The notes under the pieces are model-generated. The model saw only the letters and a list, made by a program, of their open reading frames with translations. It ran no database searches and was not told the DNA's origin. This document shows positions 11,280 to 25,467 of a DNA stretch of 64,000 bases, one piece after another (the stretch's first letter is position 1; the number at the start of each line of letters is the position of its first letter). Location: positions 124,001 through 188,000 of the forward strand of contig NW_005434664.1 of assembly GCF_000315625.1 (NCBI RefSeq). The letters run 5' to 3'. This DNA is from Guillardia theta CCMP2712. Lineage: Eukaryota > Protista > Cryptophyta. A program made the translations under genes and the position numbers.

Positions 11280-13702
11280 ATGAAAAGTTTCCATCGAATG
11301 CATGCGGAAGACAAGCCGCTTGGCAGCTTGTCCAGTGAGAGGCTGGTGACATGGTGTCCGACGATGGATCTCGTTGCGTACGTGAACAACGAAAACAACA
11401 TCGTGATTCACCGACTGTCGTGGTCGAAACTCACCAACCTCTCGGAACATTCAGAGAAAGTTTCTGCACTCTGTTGGAGCCCTGATGGTAAGATGCTTGC
11501 TTCTGGTCATGCCGACGGAAGAGTGATGTTGTACGACGTGGAGATGTGCGAGTCCGTGGCAAGCTTTCTTGCGCATTCGCGGAGGATTACTGCGTTGACC
11601 TGGACAGTGTGCAAAGGGAAGCGAACCTCCTCCTTGGTTCCAGACAGAACTACGAGATTCTTGCCTGCTGAGTGCGGAGGGATCGAAGACAACAAGACCT
11701 CCTCCAATCCAAAGACGAGCAGCAGTGAAGGATTTCTAGACCAGAAGTCTTGTGAGATGACTGTTCTGCTCTCCGGCGACGATTCTGGAGGTTTGAGCCT
11801 CCACGTCCTCGGGAAGTTCTGCATAGGGAGCGTTCAGATGCTGGTGCAAGGACAAGACCAGACGCGTCACGGGGTTGAGATCAAGAGCATGTCGGTCTCC
11901 GACGACCTCTCTCGCATCTCAGTGGTGTGCTGCACCAACGGCCAACATGCCGCTGAGAAGTTGGGAGAGGCCAAGAAGTTGATCATAGAGGAGCATGGAG
12001 AGCGTGTGGAGGAGGGGAGTTTGTACATGGTCGTCCTCAATTCGGATGTGCTGCAGCTCAATTCATCCCAGCTGCTTCAAGTCTCGTCCCAGGCTTGGAT
12101 CGTCGAGGGTTTTGTCTCCTCCCTCCACCATTCACTCACGTCCATCTGTCAGAGCTGGAAGCAAGCTTGGGATCAGCTCTCCAAGAAGCTGCAGGACCTC
12201 TCGACCTGTCTGCAGCAGCACGACAGTTCATCCAACGTGGAGAGCGAGCTCATCACAACGATCGTGTGTGGGAGTGCGTCGCCTGCTCTTCAAGCGTTCC
12301 TGGTCCAGCTGAAGGAGCAGGGAGTGCGCAGACTCGAGAAGGTGGTCGACACGGCTTGCGTCAACATCCAGCAGGAGGCCGTGCAGAAGATGATCCCAGT
12401 GCTAGAGTCTCTGATGTTCCGTGTCGGCGAGTTAATGGGCCTGGCTAGGTGGGAGGAGAGGTTCCAGCATATCGGGCTGAGGGAGCAGGCGCTGGAGTCC
12501 CTAATGAAGGAGAGCACGCAGTGTCTTCACAAGGTCTCGGAGCTTCTGACAGTCACGAGGAGATTTCAGAAGGGATACGGTCAGTTCTCGCAGTGGTTGG
12601 AGCGGATGGCCTTCCGGCTGGTGAACCAGACGGGATCGACGACCCTGTCCGGGGAAGAGACTCTCTCCATCAGCCGGTTCGTAGAGCATCACCTCACCCA
12701 CAATCAGATCTCAGGGGTGCTGCAAGACATCTCGACCTCAGTCATCTCCTGCTTCGACGAGAAGCGCTGCGTCAACGACGAGGTCCTTAACGCCTTCAAG
12801 GCTGCTGGGCACTCAAGCTTGCGGCTCACCTTCAAAGTCCACCTGGAGAGGCTCAAGGACGCGGTCGAGTTCAGCTTCGGGGAGACGCAGCAGTGCATAT
12901 CGTCTAAGATTGCAGTGGACAACGTGATCCGCCTCTCAGGGTTCACGGATGACAAGAGATGCCTCGCGCTGTCCTCTTCCTCTGGCTCCTCCGACAGCGA
13001 CGAGCACGTCTTCCAGCTCATCGCCAGCAAGCAGCAGCAGGATGCTCCAGCTGCTCCCTCCCTCAGCCTCCTTCGCATCGGTTGCATACCCAGCAGGAAG
13101 CTCGTCAGCCTTTCCGTCGCCAGCCTCCAGCTCACAGACATCTTCTCGGACACCAGCATCTCTGACCTTCACTTCTACTCCCCCGACAAGGTCTGCCTCC
13201 TCGCTATTGGCACATCCAAAGCCGAGGAAGATCTCCGTGCCATCCTGTCTACCTTCGAGCTGGAGGAGGTGGCCTGGACCCCAGCTGATGCCCTCTGGCG
13301 GACGAAAGCTGCCGACCTGGAAGGCTTCCCATTCACCCAGCAGGTTCCCATGTGGTCGTTGCCCGCTGGACATGACGCTGGTTTTGCAGGATGTTTGCGG
13401 GCTGCAGGCGCGGCAAATCGGGGGAGTGTCAGCTACCAAGCTCGCGGTGAACGGAAAGAGGGGGATTGCGAGCTTCCTGGTGGAGGATCCCTGGAGGATC
13501 GCCATCTTCGACATGGAAGAGGACGAGGACGAGGACGAGGAGGACGAGGACGGCGGGGGAGAGGAGGATGCTAAGGACGGTGAGTGGCTGTTTTGCCCTG
13601 TGCTCAACGGTGACTTGTTCCTAATCCTCCTGTTTACTGGCAGCAGATCCTTCAATGTCGATAGAGGAGGAGAGCAACGAGGTCTCCATGGACGAGACTT
13701 AG
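11280..13702 (+). CDS. ANAPC4: Anaphase-promoting complex subunit 4
   Basis: N-terminal WCPTMDLVA...IHRLSWSKL and WSPDGKMLA (ANAPC4 WD40), helical long domain, acidic C-terminal exons ending TAG 13700-13702. Confidence 0.9.
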
Positions 13703-13816
13703 AGCGGGTGGAATGTAGGAGGGAGGGAGGGAGGGTTGGGAGTGGGAGGGAGGGAGCTGGTACTGGTGCCCCTTGCTCTTTCTTGATGGAATATTATTGT
13801 TTTCTCAGTAGCTTCT

Positions 13817-14547
13817 TCACGCGATGATCTCCTTCTTGAACGTCTCCACGGAGATCTTGGATATCCCCAGCTTCCCCCCCTGCTCGCTGAACTCGATCCA
13901 CTCCTTTCCCTCCTCCCGAACAAGACCCTCAGGCTTCTTCAGGGTCCGCACAAACTCGAACTCAACGCAGTCCCTGTTGCCTTGGGAGATCTTGTACTCC
14001 TTGACGTCCCAGTGGACAGAAGGAAAGTTTGAAAAGAAAGTCTTCATCATGGATGAGATCGCATCTATCCCCTCGTATGCTCCGACCTAGAAATGTAAAC
14101 CAAAGTCAGTCTCTGTCAATCTTCAGGAGCCGTCAATCACCGTTGTCGACTGATACGATGCGTTCGCATTGAGCTGCTTCAAACCTGTCAGCACAAGTTA
14201 CATCCCTGCCTCCTCTCCTCCCCTCGCCCATCACAAGCTTCCACGTCGTGCTCGTTGCTCAATCGCACGTACTCCTCCGCCAAGGTCAGAAGCTGCAGGA
14301 GCAGGTCAGAGGGAGCCGAGAGGCGTCAGTTGGAGCAGCCACCGACCTTGCTAGTCTCATCCGATGATATAGACATGTGGCGAAGCTGTCGGGACCTGCA
14401 GGCCGCGGGAGTGACTGACGGGAAGGAGGCGGGTCGAGGCGCGAGTCGAAGGGAAGAGAAGGGGAGCCGGGAGAAAGAAAATGCCCGAGAGGTTGAGAGG
14501 GACATTGACATCATAGCGAAGGTCCAAAGACGGGCCCCATGAGACAT
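13817..14547 (-). CDS. Plastid-targeted SnoaL/NTF2-like small protein (4 exons)
   Basis: Spliced product MSHGARLWTFAMMSMSLSTSRA|FSF..., then LAEEYVRLSNEHDVEACLKQLNANASYQSTTVGAYEGIDAISSMMKTFFSNFPSVHWDV. Signal peptide plus Phe is typical of complex red plastids. Confidence 0.65.
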
Positions 14548-15070
14548 GATCGATCTCTGCATCTCCTTCTCTCGCTAGGACAACTGCTCAAGTATCATCA
14601 CGACTTGGCAAAGAAGCACAACATGAAGGTTAGAGGAGCTTGCGAGCAAGTACATGTAGTGTGCATGTCAGAGAAAGTTGTCTGAAACGAGAGAAGCAAG
14701 TGGAGAAGGTGGATAGAAAGCGAGGGTGATGAGAGACAGAGTGAGGGGAGCGAAATCAGGTCGACTTTTGAGCTGGAGAGTAGGCGGGAGTAACGTCAAA
14801 CAAGCTGAGGACGAGGGCGGGGAGCAGGACGAAGACAAGGATGAGGACAACCAGGAGAAAGGAGTAGGAGTATGAGTATGAGTAGGAGGTGTGGAGGATG
14901 ATGAGAAAGGAGGAGGACGAGCAGTAGTCTGTTGTAGTCAGTAGCAGTCGATCGTTTAGCAGTCGTAGGAAGAGGATTGGAGTTCCCTTTATGACTTGGG
15001 AATTGTCCTACAAGCTCCACATCCCCGCTACGACCCCCTGCACCCTGGCCGCCCGTGGGCCGCCGGATCT

Positions 15071-16874
15071 ATGGCGATGGCCTTGGCTGCGGTGGTGGCT
15101 GCCGCGATGCTGAGCTGCCATGCAGCAGGGGAGCAGGTGCTGCTGACGAACGAGAGAAGCACCGCACCTGCTTTTGCAGCTGGACATGGCCGCTCCCTCT
15201 CGGGTTGTTCGCCGTTGGAAGGAGGAGCGCGAAGAACTTGCAAGAGAACGAGGTGGGCGAGGATGACGCACGAGGCTGCTCTTAGCTGCTCGCAGACAAC
15301 CGCATCATCGCATGTCTCCGAGCATGCAGACAGATCAGGCTAGAGCATGGAAGTCCTTCGAGGAGTGGGCGGAGAAGGTTTGTCCGTATACCCTAGAGAC
15401 AATACTCACCGTTGGCAGGCCGGAATCCAGAACCCTACGATCAAGATGTCGGAGTTCGCTTCTGGTCTTCGCGGTTGACCTCATGCCCCTCCTCTCTCCT
15501 CTTCGTCCTCACCTGACCGTCTAGGGATGAAGGCCATCTCTCCTGTCTCCTCCGGGGACATCCTAGTGACAGTCCCATCGACCTCAGTCTTGAGGGTGGT
15601 CAAGGGGCAGAGCAGGTCTTGTTCCTCCACAGCAAGAGTCGTCAGGGGCTGACAGGACGGCAGGCTGCCATCTCGTCTCAAGGGCTATGTCTCCGAGGGC
15701 ACATGGCAGGGTCTCGAGTGGTGGGCTCAACTTGCAGTCCTCTTGCTGTGGGAGAAAGGACACGCGAGGTCGCCTTCCACGGAGCCATCCTCGTAAGAGA
15801 TCATACAGAGAGGAGAACAGGGAGGGAGGGAGGGAGGGAGGGAGGGAGGGAGGGAGGGAGGGGGGTGTAACCATGTCGATCATAGGTTTGTGAGATGGAT
15901 CGAAGTTCTTCCCAAATCTTTGAGCACTCCGTTTCATTGGAATGAGGAGAGCGTGAAGGAGCTGCAGTATCAGCCCCTGATTGACAAGATCGAGAAGCAG
16001 AAACGTGAATGGAGGAGCATTTTTGACAAGATCAGCTGCGACAACCCACAGTTTCAGGAAGCAGACTTCTACAATGCTTGTGAAATGGCAAGGAGCCGTG
16101 CTTTTTCTGGGCCCTACGTTGGCAAACTACCCAAGGACCAGATGTTTCTCACTGGCTTGCTAGTTGCTCTGTCAACTCAGCTTCATCTCCTCGAAACTTC
16201 TCAAGCTGCTCTTGGAGCTGTGCTGGTGGTTGGAGGTATCCTGGCCAACACCTTCCTCCTCCCCAACTTTCTCGGACTGACCCACTACGTCATTGCCCCC
16301 ATGATTGATATGATCAATCACGACGGGCAGAGCAAGTCCATCGTCACCTACCAGGCACTTCAAGCTGCGTTCGAGGTCCAGTCATCGTCGAACTTCAACG
16401 TCGGGGATCAAGTTTTCATCTCGTACGGCGATCGCAGCAACGATCAGCTCCTGCAGTACTATGGCTTCGTAGAGATGGACAATGTTCATGACTTGTACGA
16501 GATTGCTGATTTGGACGGCAAGCTGCGAAAGAAGGGAGGAAAGGGAGGCTCTGAGGTGGGTTCGAAAGATGCCTACGTCTCTCCGAAGGGACTTGATGAG
16601 GAGAGCATGAATCGCGCCAAGAGTTTGTTCCCAGACGAGGCTTCGGCTCGCCAGGTGAGATGAGCCATGGAGCTCTTGAGATCAACAGCGTGACACATGG
16701 AGGCAGGCGGTGAAGGAAATTCTCCAAGACGAGCTCAATTCCTTCCCCACGACATTGGAGGAGGACGAGGTCGCTCTGCGCTCCAGATCTGCGCTGCAGT
16801 CCAGTTTCCCCCTTGCGCTCTCCTTTCGAGTGAGCAAGAAGCGATTGCTACATCAGGTACTGCAGCAGCTTTAG
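15071..16874 (+). CDS. SET-domain lysine methyltransferase, Rubisco LSMT-like, with signal/transit leader
   Basis: SGLRG, MARSRAF, PMIDMINH, QVFISYG, NDQLLQYYGF; last exon FPTTLEED...FRVSKKRLL ends TAG 16872-16874. Confidence 0.85.
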
Positions 16875-17025
16875 GGAAGGATCAGTGAACCACAGGAACG
16901 CAAGATGTTGAATCAATGAGCTTTAACCACCCGTTCCACGCATTAGTAATAATGAATCCCAGAGAACAAGTTGAGATTTTCTCCGTCGCCAAATTGAGCT
17001 GATGTTCTAGCAAGAGACCCTTAAA

Positions 17026-18286
17026 TCATCGAAGCCTTCGGCGGATTTCCTTCTTTTTCCGAACTATTTCTTTGTACAGTCTGTCCCGATATTCTGACAC
17101 GGAGAACTTGGTATTGTCGTCGAGGGCGATGCGAATGGGTGGAGTAGGGTAAATAGGCTCCTCAGCCTCGTTGTGAAATTGAGCGACGTATGGATGGCTC
17201 AATGCCTGTGGGTCATGTCAAGGGAGCACACGTTCACATGAAGCTGCTGCTTACCTCTTCAGCAGTTATTCTCTTGTTGGGGTTAAACTTGAGACATCTC
17301 CGCAAGAGGTCCAGAGCATCAGGAGGAGCGTTAGGAAACATGTCCGAGAGGAATCGTGGCTTTGAAGGAGGAAGTGACTCCAACATGTTAGCAGCGAAAG
17401 GGGAACGGATGGACTCAATGTCCTCAGCAGAAGGCCTTCCAGTGACCTGAAACATCTGTTAGGAGGGCCTGAATAGTTTCAAAGCGAATATGAACCTCGA
17501 TAATGCGATCTAATTGGTTCATTGTGGACGTTCCAGGGAAAGTAGGTTTTCCTCCCAGCATCTCACCGAGGATACATCCAATGGACCAAATGTCTACCCC
17601 CTTTGTATATTTCGTGCTCCCCAGCAAAATTTCAGGAGCTCGATACCAACGAGTCGCAACGTAGTCTGTCAACACTGGGTTTGACACACTGTTGTTAGAC
17701 AGAGCCGCAATGGATCTCGCTAAACCAAAGTCGCAAACTTTGACAAGACAATCGCTGTTCAAGAGCATGTTGCTCGGCTTCATATCACGATGAAGCATCC
17801 CAGCGGTGTGCATGTACTTGAGAGCCTTGAGCAATTGGTACATGATGTACTGCTTGTGGACTTCTTCGAGGATATTGGCGCGAATGACTGCATGAAGATC
17901 TGTGTCCATGAACTCGAAGACTAGGTAGATATCCCTGTCATTGTCTGCTTTCAACACATTCCACAGCTTGATGATGTTCTCATGGTTATTGAGCTCCTGA
18001 AAGGAGAGTGAGGATTCCAACACAGGTTTGTCATACACGTCACCTGTAAGAACATGATTTCTCGGAATGTACGTTGAGCGTCTGTTGCGTTTTGGAAAGC
18101 ATCGAAGACCTTCTTGAGTGCAACGACTTCACGGGTTTTCTTATCGATGGCCTTCCAAACGATACCGTATGCCTTTGAAACACGTCATCTTGACATTGTT
18201 GTCACCAATCAGTTACTCACCCCCTTTCCAAGTTTGGAAACTATCTCGTACTTGCGAAGGACGTGCTTATCTATCTCTTCTGTCAT
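17026..18286 (-). CDS. MAPK15: Atypical MAP kinase ERK7/8 (MAPK15)
   Basis: [44 protein letters not shown], activation loop [13 protein letters not shown]; 5 exons. Confidence 0.93.
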
Positions 18287-18984
18287 TTTTCGAGTCTGAC
18301 GGCTCCTTCAGGACTTCTCGTTATTGAGTACATGTTTAAGGAGGTATCATTACCTTTGGTGGGAGAACAAACTATCCCACAAGTCACCCTTCTCGGAACA
18401 GTCTACTTTGAGGATTCAATGTCTGTCAACCATGTTAAATGCCATTAAAATGAGAAGGAGCTCGAGCAGATGTAGATCCAATTAATACATCGCAGCAAAC
18501 TGGTCCTGAGCCAAGGGGGAGGAAGGAATCGAACAACAAAACCAATTTCACACAACATTTCATCGACATGCTACCAGAAAACAGCTGTTGTTTGTGTATA
18601 TCAGGCTGTAGAAGAGAACAGAAAATGTTGGATGAGTGAGAAACATAAGATTTCATACAAGTTTCCCGATTACATTAAGCACCAGGATGGGAAATCACGA
18701 GAAATCATAGAAGAACCTACGAAAGAAAAGACTCTGCAGGGATTTGATGCAAGCTAAATGCGCTACTGCCAATCGAAACAGAGGAGAGTCCTTCATGGAC
18801 GAAAAAATACGTTTGAGCTGTTCTCAAGCTTATAAAGGAGCAACATGAAGGAAAACGGCACAGAGAACAGAGATATCATCAGCTATCATCGCAGAGGAGA
18901 GAGGAGGGATGACAATCGAAGCATGGAGGAGATTGGAATAGAGCAACGCCTCAATCTTTGCCGCTGCCATAGAGCGCCGGCAGG

Positions 18985-19700
18985 GTTTTACTACTACTAC
19001 TACTACTACGACGGTGCCGTGTCGTTTTAAATTATTAAGAAACTGTACCTGAAAAGACTTTTTATTCCATTTGGCGTAGATTAGTACACAATTTTAAATA
19101 CAGTTAAACTATATATTTATTTTTATCAAAGTAAAGGTACGAAAAAAAATATAAATACATCTTTTCTTTACAATAATTAAAATCTATAACTTCTTTTAAA
19201 GAAAATTCTGTTTTAATATAGTACCAAAAATTGCTATCAATCAAAATACATCTACAAATTTCAATTACTTATAAACATAAATATTTTACACTCATAAAAT
19301 ACTATAGAGAACTATCTCACTAGTACTAAATTCAAATTTATAACTACTTTTCGGCTTTCTACACCCCCACCCCCCAACTTTGACCTGTTCCTTTCACAGA
19401 CCCCTTAATTTCATTCGTTCTTTTTCGTACACCCTTCTTTCTCCCTTGGAGTACCCCTCATCTTATGGGTACATATCTTTTCAATTCGACACAACATGTC
19501 CTGGTTCTGACCCACCCACCATTGCGTTCCCCTCAGATATTCGGTTGAATGATTTTGTTCGATTCAAACCAATCTAAGTCTTTGTCGATTCCAACCGATT
19601 GAAACCGACTCGGGTTGCAGATTTGGATTGGGTTGATTCCACTTGGATTTCAGCCGATTGAAATCGAAGAAATTCGATTCAAATCGTCCCGATCGGTTTA
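18985..19700. other. Intergenic island B: (TAC)n, strongly AT-rich block, C-run tract and degenerate CCGATTGAAA repeats
   Basis: AT-rich 19025-19350; repeats at about 19595 and 19654; between divergent MAPK15 and the large + strand gene. Confidence 0.5.
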
Positions 19701-19891
19701 TGAAAGAGGGAAAGGAGGGCAACTCGATGGTGGTGTGGACAGGAGGGAAATGGCGAGGGAGGCCCGGAGCGGGATGAAGCAAGGAAAGCGCGATGGCTAT
19801 GGCATCAGAGAAGGAGGATATGTGCATAGGTAAAGATTGAAGGTGCATGGCGGTGAGAATACCATGAGGAGAAGAAGGTTGAACACGTGAA

Positions 19892-22800
19892 TTGGCCAGC
19901 AAAGTTGATGATGCTTCATCGTTGGCTCAGCTGAAACAGGCCTCGGAAGTTTGGGTCTATCTGGGAATCATGGAGGTGCTGAAAGATGAAGATGATATCG
20001 ACTGGTTGGACGAAGCCTACGATTCTTACGTGGATGAAGCCTCGACGGAAAAGCCAGGCGTTGAGGAGAAGCCTGGGGCAAAAGACGACAAGGAGGAAGA
20101 GGATGCTGACATCATTGCAGCCTTTTCTACAGACGAGATTCAAGAAGTTCAAGTGGATCCAGTTGAGGAAAAGGCGGCAAAAACGCTGCAGACTTTTTAC
20201 AGAAAGCGAGTCAAATCTCAAGCCTTTTCTGTTGACTTCTTAGATTTGGTTCGTGGGAAGTTATCGCAGGACGAGAGGAAGCTCACGCCGATCTTAGAGG
20301 AGACAGCAGCAGCATCTTCACTGTTTCCTCAGAGGAAGCAGACCAAACTCTCAGAGTCTCTGTCACAGGTCCGTGTGATAGCTGTCGACCAGTACATCAA
20401 GGGCTCGGGAATCCAGTCCCAGTTCGAGAGTATCTTGAGCGACATGTTCGACAAAGACTACATCCCTGCCAACCCTTACCCTGTGATCTTCAAGGCGCTG
20501 AACCGCGTCAACTGCCTGGAGGTGGAGCATGGCGAAACCAAGAACGACATTCCGGAGGAGCTGGAGCGATGGGGCAATGAGATAACCACGTATGACGTGA
20601 AGGGTAAGAAGCTTCCCGTTGGGTTCCGCAAGTCGGACGGAGACGAGAGTTACTACGGAGACGAGGGTCTCATGAAGATAGTCTGCCCGGAAGGACAGAA
20701 GGTGCTGAGAGAGGCGCTGAAGGGCTTGCTGGAGCCCCAAAAGGCAGAGCAGGGGGAGGTCAAAATGCTGCTCGGACGAAGCCTGGAGGGCAGTGCGATC
20801 TTCCACTCGCCCTCTGAGCCGTTTCCAGCAAGGATTGTGATTGTTGACAACCTCGTCTTCCTGGGGAGCCTCGACGTGTCTCTTGACATGTTCTGCAATC
20901 ATGTCTTCCAAGACATCACAGAGCTCGCGTCCTCCGGCGAGAACATCCTCCTCAAGGATATGACGCTGAGCCTGGAGACGGAAGATGCGAACAAGGAGAA
21001 GTACTCGAGCTGGAACGTGTTGCAGATGAAGCAAAGGAAGAGGGAGTTCTTCATCGACCTGCAGAACTCTGCTATCCACAAGAGGAAGTGCGAGGTCGAG
21101 TTCCTGCTCTCAGTCCAGGCCAGGAAGGGAGGGTACGTGACGGACAGGTCGAGAGGAGGATGGCTCCTCCTCCGCTGCCTGAAGAGATACGTCATCAGCC
21201 AGAGCATGTCGCCTCAGGAGAAGTACTTTTCCTCCACCGAGTCTCCCCACCTCTCCCTCCAGCAGGGCGTCTTCTATGACCGCGAGCACGCAGTGCTCTT
21301 TGCGTCTCGGAAGCTGCTGGCAGGGGAGGGAGGAGGTCAGCATGCAAGCAAGAAGAATGTGGAGCTGTTCATCTCGAGGTGCCTCAAGAAGATGGAGGAG
21401 GGAGAGTGGAGAGGAGACTTCCTGCAGGTGGCAGAGCAATCGCTGCTGATGAACAGGATGAAGGCGTCTGCTGGGATCAAGATCGAGCTCAAGAACTCCG
21501 AGATGAAGGCTTTCAAGCTCCTCCGCGGCGGCGCTCGATTCCTCCTAACCATGCAGGAGCACAGTGAAAACATCGCCGAGGCCATGCAGGCGGTCCTGAG
21601 GGCCTGCGAGCACGCGCAGCTCTTGTCGGAGACAGGCTTCTTGTCGTTGAAGGAGGAGGAGGAGGGGAAGAAGAAGCGCAATTTTGACGTGGAGATGGCG
21701 AGCGGGAGGGTGGAGGTCAAAATTATCGTTGGCACGGTGATCGGCGAGCTCGTGTGGATGAGCAGGGAGGTAGGGCGAGTCATCGGCCAGGGAGGAGCTG
21801 GAAGCGAGCTGGACACCCTCGGGGACGTGATCATAGCGAGGATCGGCAAGGTGCTGAAGGGATGGAACATGGACGAAGGGATTCGCCCTGTCGACCTTGT
21901 GGAGCTGGGCAGGTGGCTGAGGTACGTCTTCGAGCTCTGCTACCACTCGTACTCGTCCGTCGCCTTCCAGCTTGACCCCCTTGCCCACGATCGCTCCAAG
22001 AGCCTGGATGTGCTGAGAAATCTCGAGGAGGACCTGACGCGGGACATGCTCCCGATCGCTGCGGAGATGCAGAAGTCGATCTCCTCCTACCAGGTGCCCG
22101 CAGACATCGCCAGAGAGACTCTGATCCTCCGATTCTGCGTCGACTGCTCTCTCGATCTCTTCCTCGAGTTCTTCTTCCGCCATCTCACTGACAAGAGTCT
22201 CCATCCTCTCCCCATCATGAAGGCGCTGCAGGCTGCTCGTTCCTTTGCCCTCCACTTCCTCCTCTTCAAGGCTCACAGCCTCGACATCCTTGAGGTCGTC
22301 GCCAAGATCGAGACGAACGTGAAGCTTGCAGAGGAGGACACGGCTGCGCGCATGTTCCTTTGTGAGCTTCTTCTCCTTGCCTCTGCACCAGCACTCCTCT
22401 CCTCTTCCTTCCTTTTCTCGTTCCGATCCACTTGCAGAGACACTCCATTTCTGTGTAGTATACGCTCTTGCTCCTCCTGCTCCTGCTCCTTCTCCTGCTC
22501 CTGCTCCTGCTCCTGCTCCTTCTCCTTCTCCTGCTCCTGCTCCTGCTCCTGCTCCCTCTCCTGCTCCTTCTCCTTCTCCTTCTCCCTCTCCTGCTCCTTC
22601 TCCTTCTCCCTCTCCTGCTTCTTCTCCTGCTTCTCCTGCTTCTCCTGTCTTCTTTGCTGCCGCAATATCACTGACTTGTCCCCTTAGACGAAGGAGACGG
22701 CAAGTTTGAGATGCTTTCCAAGTACGGCAGGCAACTCCCTCCCAACCCACAGCCGGGGCTCTGGCCTCCTCCTCTAGCTCCCTCTGCCTCCCCAATCTAC

Positions 22801-24134
22801 GGTTCGAGCATCGCGCTCATGTCTTGGTTCTTCCTGTTGGCAGGAGCAGGAGCAGGCACAGCACTGATCCCGGGAGGAGCAGGAGGAGGAGCAGGAGGAG
22901 GAGCAGGAGGAGGAGCAGTGAGAGGAAGAAAGGTCGCCTCTAAGAGGATCAGTGGAGCAACAGCAAACGGAGGGGTCCACTTCAACTCCAACTACCCCCC
23001 CTCCTCCTGGTGGGCAACACATGAAGAGGTTAGGAGGATGGTGCTGGAGCTGAAGAACAGGCGGCCGTTCCCTCCCGGGTCATACGTCTACTCCTCTGCT
23101 CTTGGAGTCAAGAAAATCCTCGTCTACCCTCCTCCCTGTGTCCCGGTCAGCTTTCTCCCTTCTCGTCTCGTCTCGTCTCGTCTCGTCTCGTCTCCTTCTC
23201 TCCTCTCTCCTCTCCTCCTTGTCCTTCCCTTCGCCAGCTTCCCAGCATGCTGACGCCTCCGCTCTCTTCACAAAGTAGCTCTGCACCACATCCTCCTCTT
23301 GTCTCTCTCTTCTCCCTCGCTCTCTCCTCACCCTTTGAGCAGGTGGCTCGAGCAGGCTTTGCCCGCCTGGACCTCACCGAGTATCTTCTCATCCAGGGAC
23401 CGAAACGCTCGACGGCCCTCCAGCTCGCCTGCTCTCACATCCTCGACCACATCCTGGAGCTTCACGATCGTTCTGAGCATGTTCCCTTCGGCCTCTTCTA
23501 CGCTGATCAGGAGCAGAGGTCAGCTCACCGAGGATGCGACCTTGCGCGTGCGGGGCATCGAGGGTTCTCTCCTGCGCAGATCAAGCAGAAGGATCGGCAG
23601 GCGATGACGGAGGAGCTTGCTGCTGCTCTCCTCCGCAAGCAGCCGGTCTACACGTGCGGGCTGTTCTGCCTGAAGGAGGGGAGGAAAGAGTCAGAGAACG
23701 AGAGGGAGAGGAAGGAGGACAAGGACAAGGATGGAGAGTACGTCTACTTCACCATAACCCACAACGTCGTCTTTGCTCCCAGCTCAGTCCCAGAGAGAGG
23801 ACGAGGCTACTTGCTCGACGAGGTGGAGTACCTATGGGAGCCGGACCTTACCTCCCCCTTCGTCAACGTCTTCTTCACCATGAACAGCTCCAAGATAGCG
23901 CAGAGCCTGTACAGAGTTGACAACAAGTTCGAGGACCCGGTGGGTGAGGAGAACAGCCGAACGTTCCTTGCGATCATCGACGCCAGACTGCAGCAGGAGA
24001 TTGACGAGGGGAGGTACATGGACGCTGCCTACTCCATCCTTTATAAGTCGGTACGTCTCCTTCCACCACCTCTTTGTGCTCGCCCCAAACCCCCTGCCCT
24101 TTTCTGCTTCCTCCCATATCACCTGCTCTTTCAC

Positions 24135-24206
<72 letters not shown>

Positions 24207-24510
24207 TGTCCTTGTCCTTGTCCCCGTCCTCGTCCTCGTCCTCGTCCTCGTCTTCGTCCTCGTCTTCCTCTGCCTCCTCGTCCTCTCTGTCCCCAACCCC
24301 TTCTTTCTGCACCTGACTTGAAAGAAGATGCTGCACAGTCGGCTGCTGGGGATAGGTGCCCTGCTTGAGAAGAGGCGGACGGCGAGAGATTACGAGGAGA
24401 CGATCCAGACGTCTGGGAGGAAGCATCTGGACCACAAGTTCGAGAGAGAGTGAGACTCCTACTCCTCCTCCTCCTCCTCCTCCTCCTCCTCCTCCTCCTC
24501 CTCCTCCTCC

Positions 24511-24541
<31 letters not shown>

Positions 24542-25467
24542 GCTGACATCCTCCTTCTCCTCTCCTTCTCCTTCCTTCCTCCATATCCCTCCCTTTTTCT
24601 GTCCTGCTGCTCCTCCCGGTCATTCTGCTCTCCCAACCGTCATTCTGTTCCCCATCTCCCTCCTCCTGTCCCCACATGTCCCCCCCTCACTCCCTTGGCT
24701 CCCCATCTTAGATTCTACCCCAGGTACCCGGAGCTCGCAGCTCTAGCGGATGCCTTCCGAGTGATTCACTCCCTTCCACAGCAGTTGCTCTGCATCCAGC
24801 AGCAGCTGCTCACCATCGCTTCCGCCCTCTCCTCCTCCTCCTCTGAGATCCGTCTCAAGCTCAACATGAAGCGCATCGTCGTACGTCCTTCCTCCCCTCC
24901 CTCATCCTGATCGTCATGCGCAGCCTCTTCCTGCCTCCCTCCTCCGCTTCCCCGTCCCTCCCGCCTCCTTCCCTCCCCCTTTTTGCTTGCCTCCTTCTCC
25001 TCTCACACTTGCCCAGCATCAGCTGGAAGGATGTCGTACCGGTCTGCTGGGCATCGCGCGGGAGGACGGGTCCAACGTCCTCCTCTACGGCTGCTTCCGC
25101 GCAATGAGGATGCGCCTCAACGCCATCGCCGAGCAGGTCGACTCGATCGCCAAGGACCCCGCAAACTTCGCGGACGCTGCCAACTCTCAGCTGGGTACCT
25201 CCTCGGTGCGGTACCCCAGCTTCAGGGAGGTGACGGGGAGCAGCGCAGAGAGGAAGCTTATGGAGAATTTCTCAGCTCTTAACGACCTCCTCTCAGCTGC
25301 CGTCCAGTTGTCTTCCTGTGTCGCCTGGCAGCAATTCTCGTCCTTCCAGCTCCTGCAGGACAAGCTGACGGTCCAGAGAGGAGGAGGAGGAGTAGGAGGA
25401 GGAGGAGGAGGAGGAGGAGTGCTGGGCAATGGATGACAAGGTACAAGGCAGAGGTCAAGGTCGGTGA
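19892..25467 (+). CDS. Large uncharacterised multi-exon protein with an IQ-like motif, a docking (RIIa/Dpy-30)-like segment and an apparent internal duplication
   Basis: 931-aa ORF plus downstream exons (23247-24050, ~24720-24880, ~25017-25370); AAKTLQTFYRKR; YIKGSGIQSQFESIL...PANPYP. True start and end uncertain. Confidence 0.6.
22470..22646. repeat. (CTCCTG/CTCCTT)n intronic microsatellite
   Basis: Directly visible. Confidence 0.9.
24135..24541. repeat. (CGTCCT)n and (CCT)n(CAT)n intronic microsatellites
   Basis: Directly visible in two consecutive introns. Confidence 0.9.

Noticed and set aside
21545-24746. Poly-L, poly-S, RT/RG and acidic ORFs
   Set aside because: Shadow frames of intronic microsatellites and antisense frames of a GC-rich gene.
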